A stretch of 62,297 nt of DNA, filler included, from 6 parts of 6 records of this genome joined end to end with filler, not necessarily neighbours in it; one strand, 5' to 3'. Shown: positions 48,558-62,270, counted from the first letter of the whole stretch. The notes: generated from the letters alone by a model not told the origin. Numbers and translations: made by a program.

Positions 48558-49970
48558 TTAGCCCTTTTTATGGAATTCGTTTTGAAGATTTGTCATGAGA
48601 TGCAGGCGCTCTTTTTGCAATCCCACCGGGTTTTTGTTGGTGGTTCCGGCCACTTCGATTATAAGGTTTTCACCCCGATCCATGATCCTCACCCATATTC
48701 TTTTGTGCGACATGAAAAAGGTCATAAACAACCCTGATACCATCAGAAAACAGCCCGCCCATACAATGGGAACGCCCGGGTCTCTGTTGGCCTGGAGCCC
48801 GGTGTAATACAGGGTCTTGAGGTCCATGAGCGAAAAACGGTAGGGCGGGAAAGCGTCAGGATTGAATTTTGGAGAAGCCAGCATGGGGGGGGGTAATTTC
48901 TTTTGAACCGCCTCCTGATCCTTAAACACCCAAAACTCGATCCGGTTTCCCGTTTTGGGCTGAACGGAAATGAGTACGGCAGGCCCCAGGTGCATGATAT
49001 CGTTTCTCATGTCTACCACCTTGAAGGTTCCGTCGTCTCCGGGCAAGGGGTAGCTTACATCTCCCTTTACCGTCATTTCGGTTGATGCAGGCACCTTTGA
49101 TTCCCTCTGAATACCCAAAGCCGCTTCCTTGCCGGCAACGGAGCCGTAGCTGGCCTGGTAAAAGGTAACACCCCCAAATTCCACGGGATGATTGACCAGA
49201 AGATTGTTTTTTCGGACACCCTTCCCGTTAACCAGGAAAGTGAGAATGGATTTGAATTCCCTGGGTGCTCCGGTTTTGTAGAAATCGACGGAGAACTTGT
49301 CGCAACGGACCTCAAAACCGAGTTTCATGGGTTTCATGGTTTTTCGAATGATGACCCGATCCGCTTTTTCTCCCTCCAGGATGTTGACGTAGCCCTCAAA
49401 ACCGAAAAAGGAGCCCACCAGGCCTCCCGTAAGGATCAAAAGGACGCTCAGGTGAACCACATAGACCCCAAAATGGGAGAGACGTCCCTTTTCCCCATAA
49501 AAAAATTGATCGGAACCGTTGGTTTTTTGGGTTAAGTTTTTGTAGCGCGATTTCAGTATCTTTTCCACCCGCTTTGATGCCGTATGCCCACTCAGGTTGA
49601 CTTCCAGGCGATCTTCCGGTGTATTATTTTCAAAGGGCTTGCTTCGGTCGGGCTCAGGTTTGGCGCTGAATCGTTTCCACGTGGATGGAAAACGGTTTAT
49701 GGAACAGACAATCAGGTTGAGGGCTAGAAATGCAATGAGGAGCCTGAACCAGGGGGCGTTGTACATATCGAAAAGCTGCAGTGTTGAAAGGAAGCGAAAC
49801 ATGGCCGGGCTGAGGGTTTTTGCAAATTCGACGGCCCCTTGTCCCTGAGGGATCACGGTCCCCAGAATGGAAATGACGGCCAGCAAAATCAAAAGAACAA
49901 TGGTCAGTTTGACGGAACTTAAGAAGTCCCATAAAAAATTGGGTTTATGTTTCGATTTGGCATTTTTCAT
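48558..49970 (-). CDS. resB: Cytochrome c biogenesis protein ResB/Ccs1
   Basis: SILGTVIPQ, CSINR, YVVHLS, VNHP, YQASYG and DPGVP. Confidence 0.9.
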   Translation of the reverse strand: MKNAKSKHKPNFLWDFLSSVKLTIVLLILLAVISILGTVIPQGQGAVEFAKTLSPAMFRFLSTLQLFDMYNAPWFRLLIAFLALNLIVCSINRFPSTWKRFSAKPEPDRSKPFENNTPEDRLEVNLSGHTASKRVEKILKSRYKNLTQKTNGSDQFFYGEKGRLSHFGVYVVHLSVLLILTGGLVGSFFGFEGYVNILEGEKADRVIIRKTMKPMKLGFEVRCDKFSVDFYKTGAPREFKSILTFLVNGKGVRKNNLLVNHPVEFGGVTFYQASYGSVAGKEAALGIQRESKVPASTEMTVKGDVSYPLPGDDGTFKVVDMRNDIMHLGPAVLISVQPKTGNRIEFWVFKDQEAVQKKLPPPMLASPKFNPDAFPPYRFSLMDLKTLYYTGLQANRDPGVPIVWAGCFLMVSGLFMTFFMSHKRIWVRIMDRGENLIIEVAGTTNKNPVGLQKERLHLMTNLQNEFHKKG

Positions 49971-50215
49971 AGGCAGTTGATTAAAAGGAGAAGAACAGCG
50001 TTACGGTTGTGGTTGACCTGTAAAATTCCCCCTTTCCTCCGGATGTTGAAAGGTTTATGAACCGCTTTCTTTGCGGGTCAATGGTGTTGCTGGAAAGCCT
50101 TATAACATGGATTTTCATAAAGTTCAATTTGGTTGAAGATCTTAAAAGGTTTGACGATCGCTGTTTCATCATGTAGAAAAGTCTACTGAGATGTTTGTTG
50201 GAAAAGGTTTTGTAA

Positions 50216-52809
<2,594 letters not shown>

Positions 52810-52835
<26 letters not shown>

Positions 52836-54441
52836 ACAGCCGCGAATCGTTCTTTTCCGATGAACCCATACAAGCCTTCACAAACCCGAAAAACAGCGGT
52901 GAAGGGGACTCCATACGTGACTTCAACTCCGGGTGGGCTTGTGTGGCACAGAAGAATTTCAACTCCGGCAATTCAATAAATTCCACCAGTTTGCCGTTGG
53001 GGCTCATACCGGAAAAGACCATCCCTTTTTCTTGCAGTTCCTTATGATATGCCGGGTTCACCTCATAGCGGTGCCGGTGACGCTCGGACACTTCCCTGGC
53101 ACCATAGAGGGAATGGACCACCGATCCCTCGGAGAGCAGGGCCGGGTAGGCGCCGAGACGCATGGTTCCCCCTTTTTCGGTCACCGTCCGTTGTTCCGGA
53201 AGGATGTCGATGACGGGGTGGACCGTTTCAGCGTTCATTTCCGTGGAATTGGCGCCATCCAGACCGCAGACGTGTCTTGCAAATTCAATGACCGCCAGCT
53301 GGAGACCCAGGCAGAGCCCCAGAAAAGGGATGTCCTGCTCTCTTGCCAGACGGATGACCTCAATTTTCCCTTCGGTGCCACGGGATCCAAACCCGCCGGG
53401 GACCACCAGGCCATCAATTTGATCCAACCGGGAGGTATCTTTAAGCTCCGTGGTCTCAATCCATTTGAGGTTAACCTTGCATTGCAGGTGAGCCGAGCAG
53501 TGATTGAAGGATTCAATGATGGAGGCATAGGAATCTTCCAGTTTGGTGTATTTTCCGCACATGGCAACGGTAATTTCCTTGTCCGGATTCCTGATATTGT
53601 CCACCAGTTTTTTCCATTTTCTGAGATCCGGGGGGCTGTATATGTTGAGTTTTTTATGGATGTTTTCGGGCAAACCCTCACGTTCGAAGATGATGGGGAT
53701 TTCGTAGATGTCATCCACGTCCAGGCCGGTAATGACCGCCTCGGGTCTAACGTCGCAGAAATTGGATATCTTGGTTTTGATTTCCGGTGTCAGAAATTCC
53801 GGAGACCGGCCGATGATGATATCCGGAAAAATACCCCGTTGTTGCAGAAGATTAACACTTTGCTGGGTGGGTTTGGATTTCTGCTCGTTGACACCCGCGG
53901 GGATCGGCACATAGGTGAGGTGTACAAACATAATATTATTTCTTCCCACATCCTTTTTCATCTGGCGCATGGCTTCCAGAAAGAGTTCGTTTTCAATGTC
54001 CCCAACGGTTCCGCCGATTTCCACAATCACCATGTCCGGAGATTCTTCTTTAACAACCCGGTTGATGTGATCTTTGATAAGATCCGTTACATGGGGAATG
54101 TATTGAACGGTCTTGCCCAGGTAATCGCCGCGCCTCTCCTTTTTCCTGACCATGTTGAAAACCTTGCCCATGGTCAAATTCCAGCTGGACTTGCAACGAA
54201 CGCCCAGGAAACGCTCGTAATGTCCGAAATCCATGTCCACTTCGGCCCCGTCGTCAAGCACGAAAACCTCGCCGTGTTCAAAGGGATTCATGGTGCCGGG
54301 ATCAACGTTGAGATAACCGTCACATTTGATGGGAACTATTTTGAGTTTGGCGGACAGCAGGTGGCCGATTGAAGCAGCAGCGATACCTTTGCCTAATCCC
54401 GAGAGTACGCCTCCCGTCACGATGATATACTTAGTGGACAT
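52810..54441 (-). CDS. pyrG: CTP synthase
   Basis: GGVLSGLGKG, EIGGTVGD, PGGFG, GLCLGLQ, RHRHRYE and HPE. Confidence 0.98.
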
Positions 54442-54527
54442 TTTCCGGTGTGATCCTTTCTTTATTTACAAATGAGGTACCCATAATTTTGTGCTATCTT
54501 ATTGTCTTAACCGTAAAGGACGGTTTA

Positions 54528-55304
54528 TTATTTGAGCATCACAACCGTCCCGAATCTTCCGGTTACGCCCTCGCCCCTGTAAGAGAAAAAGCGATCCGTA
54601 TGACATCGGGTACAAATACCTGAAACCGTAATGTTATTCGGATCGACCCCTTCCATGACCAGTTGATGAGTGCTTAAGCGCCAGAGATCGAAATGGTTTT
54701 CAGTGACCATGAAATCCTCGAAAGTAGGCGGAAATATGTCCCTGTGGGTTTTAAACTCTGCACAACAGGGGCCGAGAGACGGCGCGATGGCGGCAATGAG
54801 ATGCGCCGCACGACAATCAAAATGATGTTCCATCATGCGTACAACCCGGCCCAGTATGTTCCGCACGTTTCCCCTCCAACCGCAATGGACGTTGGCAGCC
54901 ACATTTTCCTGCGGGTCAAAAAGGATCACCGCCTGGCAATCGGCCTGTTTTATCATCAGCCCCGCACCGGGAATATCCGTTATCATGGCATCCGCCTGAC
55001 ATGAATTTCCGAAGGTTTCAGTTGCGTCGGCACGGAGAGCCAGGATTTTTGTTCCGTGGGTTTGACGTGTGAAAAAGATTCGGCGAGCGCCCATGGTATT
55101 TTTGATGATTAAAAGGTTTGCCGCTACATTTTTCCTGAGATCCCCCACCTCATCACTGGTATTTAAAGAAGCATAGGGAAAATCACTGGTGCCCCCGCAT
55201 CGGGAAAATGTCCCGTGTTTCAGTTGGCGATACTGGGAAAGATTTTGATACTGAAGGTATGGCGCGTGGTGTTGCGTCTCAGACAGACGAAGGGGATCCG
55301 GCAT
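54528..55304 (-). CDS. pgeF: Peptidoglycan editing factor / YfiH family
   Basis: QTHG, ADCQ, HCGWRG and CTRC...FFSYR; start placed at 55304, downstream of the SRP RNA. Confidence 0.88.
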   Translation of the reverse strand: MPDPLRLSETQHHAPYLQYQNLSQYRQLKHGTFSRCGGTSDFPYASLNTSDEVGDLRKNVAANLLIIKNTMGARRIFFTRQTHGTKILALRADATETFGNSCQADAMITDIPGAGLMIKQADCQAVILFDPQENVAANVHCGWRGNVRNILGRVVRMMEHHFDCRAAHLIAAIAPSLGPCCAEFKTHRDIFPPTFEDFMVTENHFDLWRLSTHQLVMEGVDPNNITVSGICTRCHTDRFFSYRGEGVTGRFGTVVMLK

Positions 55305-55328
55305 GAGCGTCCCGATTATAATGTCCTT

Positions 55329-55595
55329 GGCCGCGCATCCTTTTTCGAAACCTGAACAACATGGCTTCGCCACCCGGGGAAACCATATAGATTCACTCGA
55401 CGACACAGACTTTCTTACTTACCGCTGCTTCCTTCCGGATCTGACGGGGTTTATAAGTGCCTGTTACGTGAGGTCCATATCAACCCCAAAGTGTTGAAAA
55501 CGCATCTTGAATCAGGGTTCTCCAGAAGGACTTTCAACCCCGCATAAGCGGATTTCGGGTTAAGGGGCACCGCTAACTCCCCGTCTAGCGCGACC
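55329..55595 (-). ncRNA. ffs: Large (Alu-domain-containing) bacterial SRP RNA
   Basis: Minus strand starts ggtcgcgctagacggggagttagcggtgccc...aatccgct, contains helix-8 gtcagatccggaaggaagcagc and ends gcgcggcc, which pairs with the 5' end; about 267 nt. Confidence 0.92.
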
Positions 55596-55695
55596 NNNNN
55601 NNNNNNNNNNNNNNNNNNNNNNNNNNNNNNNNNNNNNNNTTAATTAATTAANNNNNNNNNNNNNNNNNNNNNNNNNNNNNNNNNNNNNNNNNNNN
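55596..55695. other. Artificial contig linker
   Basis: N-run with TTAATTAATTAA. Confidence 0.99.
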
Positions 55696-56103
55696 CAGGT
55701 CGGCACTGTTTGAAGTAATGTTTTCGGCTATCTGGTTTGTGGGTTCGCAAACCACGGTATCTTCAAGCGTTGTGAATGTCTGTGGCCAGCCATAGTCTGT
55801 CCAGACTGTATCACAGAGTGTATTGAGTTCCCAGGTATATTCAGTACCAGGAGTCAACCAGTGAATAAACGTCTCGTTATTTTCGTGTGCAAATTTGAAT
55901 TTGTAATCCTGTGTACCAGATGGATAATACCTGACCCAGGTCGGTCCTGTCAGATTGTCCCAACTTAAGTCAGCAGAAGTGGCTGTGATGTTTGAGGTTG
56001 TTTGATCCGTTGGCGTGCAAGGATCCTGTGCGTAAGTAGTTGTGTTGAGGAAAAGCGCAAAAATCACGATGAGCATTGAAATACCTGAAGTAAATTTTTT
56101 CAT
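55696..56103 (-). CDS. Secreted FN3-repeat protein (3' truncated)
   Basis: Signal peptide; CTPTDQTTSNITATSADLSW...LTPGTEYTW...FTT repeated as CEPTNQIAENITSNSADL. Confidence 0.8.
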
Positions 56104-56290
56104 GTCCAGAATTTTTTGAGTTAAACAATAAAATTAATATGCAATGTTCGTATGAATTCTCTTAACAACTGTTACAATATTTTATATTTATTGTACAAAA
56201 TTATAAACAGGGGTGTCTTCAATCAATACTGTTAACTAATTTGACAATTATCTCAGGTATTTTATTCTGTAAAAAGAAAAAATCGGGATT

Positions 56291-57115
56291 TTATCTCATT
56301 TTGTTAATTCCAAAAGCGGCTCGTAAAGTATTGAGGCTCTCATCTGAGATCCCTTCAAAATCAAAACCTGCAGTTTTTACCGTAAAGAAAATACCGGTTG
56401 ATTTTTCGGCAATATCAATCAGGTCAAAAGCTTCTTCAGCATTTTTGCCAACGGCCAGGCAGCCATGTTTTTCCCAAAGTACAACCCTGTGATCTCTGAA
56501 TTTTTTGATGGTAGCTTCTGCCAACTCCTGGCTACCGGTTTGGAGGAAAGGTACAAATCCAAGTCCATCATGAATAAAGACACACGTTTCGGGCTGGACA
56601 CTCCACAACAGCCGGTTGATTTTATTTTCATCACAGTATGCTCTAATGTGTGTTAATGCAATGAGTTTGTTGGGGTGGGTGTGCAGGATGGCCACTTCAG
56701 GCCGGTTTTCGGCCACAAGCATGTCGTGAATGGCCAGATGGCTGGGCAATTCGGAAGTTGGATGTGGTTCCGAAGGCAGGTCAGATTTTTGAATCTGTTT
56801 GTAAGAGTTTCCGGTATCATTGATAACCAGGAGGCAGGTATTGGCATAGATATCCTTATTCACATCTCGCATTCGTGTACCTGAGCCTGTAACTACAATA
56901 ACATTGTTTTTTAAATAAGGATATGTTCTGTCGAGTTCAACTTCAGGGTGATAATCCAATCCGGCAGGGAACTCCGAAATCTTGCTGGTAACATTTACCG
57001 AAATATTTCCGGCGTTACGTTCAGCCCATCCCTTTTCCCATAAATATCCTGCTGCTGCTGAAATATCCTTTTTGATTTCCGGTAACGCGCTAATACCACC
57101 AATGTATGTTCTCAT
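56291..57115 (-). CDS. rhaD: Rhamnulose-1-phosphate aldolase-like class II aldolase
   Basis: GWAERNAGNIS, PTSELPSH, HTHP and WEKHG. Confidence 0.82.
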   Translation of the reverse strand: MRTYIGGISALPEIKKDISAAAGYLWEKGWAERNAGNISVNVTSKISEFPAGLDYHPEVELDRTYPYLKNNVIVVTGSGTRMRDVNKDIYANTCLLVINDTGNSYKQIQKSDLPSEPHPTSELPSHLAIHDMLVAENRPEVAILHTHPNKLIALTHIRAYCDENKINRLLWSVQPETCVFIHDGLGFVPFLQTGSQELAEATIKKFRDHRVVLWEKHGCLAVGKNAEEAFDLIDIAEKSTGIFFTVKTAGFDFEGISDESLNTLRAAFGINKMR

Positions 57116-57124
57116 AATGTTGGT

Positions 57125-58273
57125 TTAATAGTTTGCGACAATAATTTGCAACTGATCTGATGAAGAAGCCTGGGTTAACGCCGCTTCGATTTCCTGTGGA
57201 TTTTGCGGATCCAGGATTTCAATTACAGATTCCTGATAACCTGCAAGTACTTTTCCCAGCATATCCCTTCTGATGTTTTGTCCGCCGGTTGTTTGTGCCT
57301 TGTTGTTTTTAAAAATTAATATTTTAAGGCTGATGTTTTGATTTACAGCCTCGATCAGTCCGAGATGCCCGGCGGCAATAAACGAAAAATCACCGGTTAC
57401 AGCCCAAACATTTTCAATGCCTGTTCTTGCTGCACCAACTGCCATGGCTACACTTCCGCCCATATATGCGCAAGCATCAACACAATCATAGGGAGGGAAA
57501 GCAAACAAAGTGGAAATTCCGGTGTCTCCAAAAACAACTTCACCCCTGTAGTTTTTGAAAATATCAAAAAGCTTTGCATAAGGCTTCATGTATCCGGCGT
57601 AAACCGGTGGCAGGTCATCGGGGAAGACAGGGATCTTTGGTGAAACAATCCATGTATATTCCTTTCCGGCAATGCGATTTTCTTTTACTTCATGCTGATA
57701 ATCTGCAAAAATGGGAACCTGGAGGTGTGCCGGCAGGTTTCGCACGAATGCATGCTTTCCGGGATGATAAATATCTTGGTCAGGAAGAATTTCCTGGTTC
57801 ACGATATCTGCATCAAAAACGACGTAAACAGGATTTTTGATCGACTCCGACATTTGCCAGGCTTCATCTAAAATCGATAAAGCATTATCAGCACTGGCTT
57901 TCAGGTATGGCAACTGAAGGCCTTTCACCAATGGTTCGGCATGCATGATGTTGTCGGAATGACGCCCGGATTTATCTTCAAAAACCAATACCAACATAGC
58001 CCCGTCAAACGACATATATAAACTGTCTGTAATTGCATTTACAGCTTTTGCCAGGCCATGCACCTTGGTCATCATCACAGATGTTTTGCCACAAATGGAT
58101 GTTCCAAATGCCGAAGTAAAAGCTACTTCCTCATGGAAAGAAAATACCGGTTCAATCTTATTGATTTTTGAAAAAGCTTCAAAAACCTGCGTACCGCCAA
58201 ATCCCGGAACACACGTTACCACATTGGTTTTTGCATTCTTTATTGCATGGGCAATGGCTTCATTTCCTTGCAT
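57125..58273 (-). CDS. Compact IorA-like thiamine-diphosphate enzyme
   Basis: MQGNEAIA, HEEVAF, KVHGL, MGGSV and GDFSF...NN...TTGGQ; no ferredoxin CxxCxxC motif. Confidence 0.75.
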   Translation of the reverse strand: MQGNEAIAHAIKNAKTNVVTCVPGFGGTQVFEAFSKINKIEPVFSFHEEVAFTSAFGTSICGKTSVMMTKVHGLAKAVNAITDSLYMSFDGAMLVLVFEDKSGRHSDNIMHAEPLVKGLQLPYLKASADNALSILDEAWQMSESIKNPVYVVFDADIVNQEILPDQDIYHPGKHAFVRNLPAHLQVPIFADYQHEVKENRIAGKEYTWIVSPKIPVFPDDLPPVYAGYMKPYAKLFDIFKNYRGEVVFGDTGISTLFAFPPYDCVDACAYMGGSVAMAVGAARTGIENVWAVTGDFSFIAAGHLGLIEAVNQNISLKILIFKNNKAQTTGGQNIRRDMLGKVLAGYQESVIEILDPQNPQEIEAALTQASSSDQLQIIVANY

Positions 58274-58375
58274 AAATTGGGTGGTTTAAATTTTTTGTAA
58301 ATGTAAAATTTAAGATTGGATTTATCAATCCATAGGTATTTTGATATACATTTGGATCACTAAAAACCTGTTCAA

Positions 58376-60580
58376 ATGAACCGTTTTATATTCTTTTTTC
58401 TTTGCATCCTGCTTCAGTTCCTGTTCGTTTCATTTGCCAGAGCTCAGCATGACGAAGACAGACCAAAAATCGGGCTGGTGCTCAGTGGAGGCGGGGCCAA
58501 GGGTTTTGCCCACATCGGCGCTTTGCAGGTTCTGGTTGAAGCCGGTGTACCCATTGATTATGTTGGCGGAACAAGCATGGGAGGCATTATGGGTGGATTG
58601 TTTGCCACGGGCTACCATCCTGATTCATTGGAGTCGTTTGTAAAACACCAAAACTGGGAAGTGGTGCTTAGCGATAAATTATCAAGAAGAAGCCTTTCGA
58701 TGTCGGAAAAGGAGGAGGATGGGAAATATTTTTTCACGCTGCCGTTTCGCGACAGCAAACTCAAGTTACCAAGAGGTCTGGTTGCCGGACAATCAGTTTA
58801 TGATCTGCTCACACAATACGCCAGCCCGGCACTTGATATTAACGATTTCAGCCAACTGGAAATTCCATTCTTGTGTGTTGCGGCTGACATCGAAACAGGT
58901 GAGTTTGTAACCATGGATTCTGGTTACCTTCCGGATGCATTCAGGGCCACCATGGCCATCCCAACAGTTTTTACTCCCATCGAACTGGACGGGAGGCTGC
59001 TGGTGGATGGAGGATTGGTAAACAACTATCCGGTGGAGCAGGTCCTTGAAATGGGTGCCGATATTATCATTGGGGTAGATGTGTCTGATTCGTTAAAGAA
59101 AAAAGAGGAATTGAACTCTCTTGTAAAAATATTAGATCAGACTACCTCATTCCTCCGAAAGCCGCTGCATGAAAAAAATATTGCAAAAACTGATATACTC
59201 ATAAAGCCAGACCTGAAAGGTTACGGTGTGTCGAGTTTTAACCAGGCCGACTCGCTGATCGCCAAGGGTAAGCGTGCCGCACAGGCAGCATTGCCTGAAA
59301 TTTTGCGAATGATGGATTCGCTAAACGGGCAGTATGTCATGAAACCGGATTACCATCTGGACGCTAAACCCCTCGACAGTATCCTGATCAATGAAATTGT
59401 GATCGAAGGGATCAATAAGGTTTCGCCGGGCTTTGTGCGAAGTGTACTCCAGCTTGATGTTACCAGATATCACTCTATGGACAGGATTTTCAGGGCACTG
59501 ACAAAACTATACGGAACACAGAACTTCGATATCATTCGCTACAGGTTTGATGCACTAAAGCGGGGTGGTTACCGGTTTGCAATAAACCTGAAAGAGAAGG
59601 AAGGTGGCCAGTTCAGGATTGGGCTCAACTATGATTCGGATTTTAAAGCATCGTTTTTACTCAACCTCACCTACCGGAATGTTTTGCTCAGCAACGGCCG
59701 CCTCATGTTTGGGCTGGCTCTGGGCGATAATAACACGCTTAGCGCCGGCTATTTGTACGACCGGGGCTGGAAACCAGGATTTGAAGTTAAACTGGAAGCT
59801 GAGAACTTCAGAGTATATGATTACGAAAATAAAAAGCGTGCTGCCAGTTTTGATTTTTCAAATGCCAGGCTGGACTTCTTCACCCGCTCGAACATCTCAG
59901 ATATTTCAGTATTGGGAGGTGGCCTGCAACTTGAGTTTTCGAGCCTGCGCCCTGATATTTTCCTCATCGATTTTGAATCTACTTATGAGTTCAATACCAA
60001 CCTGGTGGGATTTCTTACCATCGACAACCTTGACCAACTGAATTACCCGACAAGCGGCTTCCGGTTTAAGACTACTTTCAAACTTATTATGGATGTGGAA
60101 GATACCCTTAACAACCCCATCGATCCCATTACGTTTTTAACTGCCCGGTACCGTGCTGCACTCTCGCTGCATCCCAGGTTTACACTGATCCCTGCCGGAT
60201 ATTTCGGAAGTGTTGTGTCGCATACCAATCAAACTTTGCCACAATATTTCACTTACCTCGGTGGCCTGCGGGAAAACGACCTCAATGGATTATTCCCCTT
60301 CGTTGGGTTGGAGTTTATGCAAATCAGCGATAATAATACGATGGTTGCCCGCCTGGATTTGCAATACGAAATTGCCAAAAATTTTTACCTCGTACCCAAA
60401 TGGAATATCGGTTTCAGGTCTGGAAAACTGGTGGATCTTTTTCACGAGCACCGGCCGGTAAACGGATTTGGCCTTGCGTTGGGTGTTAATACTTTACTCG
60501 GCCCGATAGAGTTTACTGTGATGTCGTCGGATTATACGAATAACCTGTTGGGTTACTTTAACCTGGGATATAATTTTTAA
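58376..60580 (+). CDS. Patatin-like phospholipase with POTRA and C-terminal beta-barrel (PlpD-like)
   Basis: Signal peptide, GGGAKG, GTSMG and DGG motifs; ends FNLGYNF. Confidence 0.9.
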   Translation: MNRFIFFFLCILLQFLFVSFARAQHDEDRPKIGLVLSGGGAKGFAHIGALQVLVEAGVPIDYVGGTSMGGIMGGLFATGYHPDSLESFVKHQNWEVVLSDKLSRRSLSMSEKEEDGKYFFTLPFRDSKLKLPRGLVAGQSVYDLLTQYASPALDINDFSQLEIPFLCVAADIETGEFVTMDSGYLPDAFRATMAIPTVFTPIELDGRLLVDGGLVNNYPVEQVLEMGADIIIGVDVSDSLKKKEELNSLVKILDQTTSFLRKPLHEKNIAKTDILIKPDLKGYGVSSFNQADSLIAKGKRAAQAALPEILRMMDSLNGQYVMKPDYHLDAKPLDSILINEIVIEGINKVSPGFVRSVLQLDVTRYHSMDRIFRALTKLYGTQNFDIIRYRFDALKRGGYRFAINLKEKEGGQFRIGLNYDSDFKASFLLNLTYRNVLLSNGRLMFGLALGDNNTLSAGYLYDRGWKPGFEVKLEAENFRVYDYENKKRAASFDFSNARLDFFTRSNISDISVLGGGLQLEFSSLRPDIFLIDFESTYEFNTNLVGFLTIDNLDQLNYPTSGFRFKTTFKLIMDVEDTLNNPIDPITFLTARYRAALSLHPRFTLIPAGYFGSVVSHTNQTLPQYFTYLGGLRENDLNGLFPFVGLEFMQISDNNTMVARLDLQYEIAKNFYLVPKWNIGFRSGKLVDLFHEHRPVNGFGLALGVNTLLGPIEFTVMSSDYTNNLLGYFNLGYNF

Positions 60581-60586
60581 TTGTTG

Positions 60587-61471
60587 ATGGATTCACCGCA
60601 GAATTTATGGTTGTTACTGCAGGACAGTTTGTTGTTAACCTTCAGGGTTTCCCTGTTTTTTTTTGGTGGAATTCTTGGGTTTGGCTTACTGCTTTACCTT
60701 TTGGCCCGATTTACCAGGAATTTGTTTGCGAAATCCTTTGGTAGCAGAGCCGAAATTTACATTACAGCATGGATCGGCACCCCGGTTCATGAATTGGGCC
60801 ATGCCATTTTCTGTGTGCTTTTTTTACATAAAATCAGGAAAATCACACTTTTCAACCCCAATTCAAAAGATGGTTCGCTGGGATCGGTGGAGCATAGTTT
60901 TAATTCCCGGAATTTATACCATCGTATCGGAAACTTTTTTATTGGCACCGGCCCGCTGTTTTTTGGCAGCCTTGTAATTTTAGCCATGGGTTATTGGCTT
61001 TTACCTCAGGGTAACCATTTTATGCAGTCAATCTGGAATGGATCATCAATCGCAAAAACTGAACTTTCTCCTTTGGCAAATTTCGCAGGGGATTTTATGG
61101 CCCGGACCTATCAAATGTTACAAAACTTGTTTTCTCAGGAAAATGTCAGGCATTGGCAATTCTGGTTGTTCATGTATTTGTCGCTGGCCATTTCCACACA
61201 CATGGAATTAAGCCCTCCGGATTTGAAACAAATGTGGAGTGGGTTGGTAGTTATGCTATTGCTGATCTTCGTGTTTAATTTTATCTACCTGTTGTTTTTC
61301 AGCGATTTTAATAATCTCCTGTTAAAAAGCTTTTCTTTTGTTACGTTATTAGATAGGCTGCTGCTTGTTGGGTTGGTATTTTCAGCCTTTAATTTTCTAC
61401 TTACATGGATCGTAACCACCATTTATAATCTATTGTTTCACCACAAGATCCCAAATCCCTTTACTCGTTGA
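60587..61471 (+). CDS. Membrane protein with M50-like metallopeptidase motif
   Basis: GTPVHELGH, LGSVEH and FFIGTGP; several TM helices. Confidence 0.7.
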   Translation: MDSPQNLWLLLQDSLLLTFRVSLFFFGGILGFGLLLYLLARFTRNLFAKSFGSRAEIYITAWIGTPVHELGHAIFCVLFLHKIRKITLFNPNSKDGSLGSVEHSFNSRNLYHRIGNFFIGTGPLFFGSLVILAMGYWLLPQGNHFMQSIWNGSSIAKTELSPLANFAGDFMARTYQMLQNLFSQENVRHWQFWLFMYLSLAISTHMELSPPDLKQMWSGLVVMLLLIFVFNFIYLLFFSDFNNLLLKSFSFVTLLDRLLLVGLVFSAFNFLLTWIVTTIYNLLFHHKIPNPFTR

Positions 61472-61524
61472 AATTTCCCATCTTTGTATGGTAAAAGTTT
61501 GCAAAACACAAAATCAGATAAGAA

Positions 61525-62232
61525 ATGAAGTACAATAGAATTTTACTCAAACTTAGTGGTGAAGCCCTGATGGGAAGCCAGCAATTTGGTATAGATCCTG
61601 TTCGATTGGCTGAATATGCCAAAGATGTGAAAGCAGTTGCAGAAACTGGTGTACAGATGGCCATTGTGATTGGTGGCGGAAATATTTTCCGTGGTTTGCA
61701 GGGTGCCAGTAAAGGTATGGACCGCGTTCAGGGTGATTATATGGGCATGCTTGCCACTGTGATCAATAGCATGGCGCTACAGGGTGCACTTGAAGACCTG
61801 GGTGTAAAAACAAAATTGTTGGGCGGCCTGGCCATCGATCCTATTGTTGAAGAAACCAGCGGAAAGCGCGTAATTGAATATATGGAAGAAGGTAGGGTTG
61901 TATTGATCAGTGGTGGAACCGGGAACCCTTTCTTCACAACCGATTCAGCTTCAGCATTGCGTGCTGTGGAAATGAAAGCAGATGTGATCATGAAAGGAAC
62001 ACGCGTGGATGGCATCTACACCGCAGATCCGGAGAAAGATCCGACAGCCAAAAAATATGACACTCTCACTTTTGATGAGGCCTACGAGAAAAAACTCAAA
62101 ATCATGGACCTCACAGCCTTTACACTTTGCAAGGAAAACAACCTGCCTATTCTTGTTTTCGACATGAATACCCGCGGCAACCTGATGAAGGAGGTGATGG
62201 GTGAGGGTAATGGAACTGTGGTAAAAAAATAG
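61525..62232 (+). CDS. pyrH: UMP kinase
   Basis: LLKLSGEAL, GGGNIFRG, DYMGMLAT and GTGNPFFTTD. Confidence 0.98.
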   Translation: MKYNRILLKLSGEALMGSQQFGIDPVRLAEYAKDVKAVAETGVQMAIVIGGGNIFRGLQGASKGMDRVQGDYMGMLATVINSMALQGALEDLGVKTKLLGGLAIDPIVEETSGKRVIEYMEEGRVVLISGGTGNPFFTTDSASALRAVEMKADVIMKGTRVDGIYTADPEKDPTAKKYDTLTFDEAYEKKLKIMDLTAFTLCKENNLPILVFDMNTRGNLMKEVMGEGNGTVVKK

Positions 62233-62270
62233 CGTAAAAGACAAAGGGCGACTTAAGGTTTAAAGTTATT

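Noticed and set aside
52933-54372. 479-aa plus-strand ORF
   Set aside because: Antisense shadow of pyrG with no recognisable motifs.
55305-55406. N-terminal extension of pgeF
   Set aside because: Falls largely inside the SRP RNA gene.
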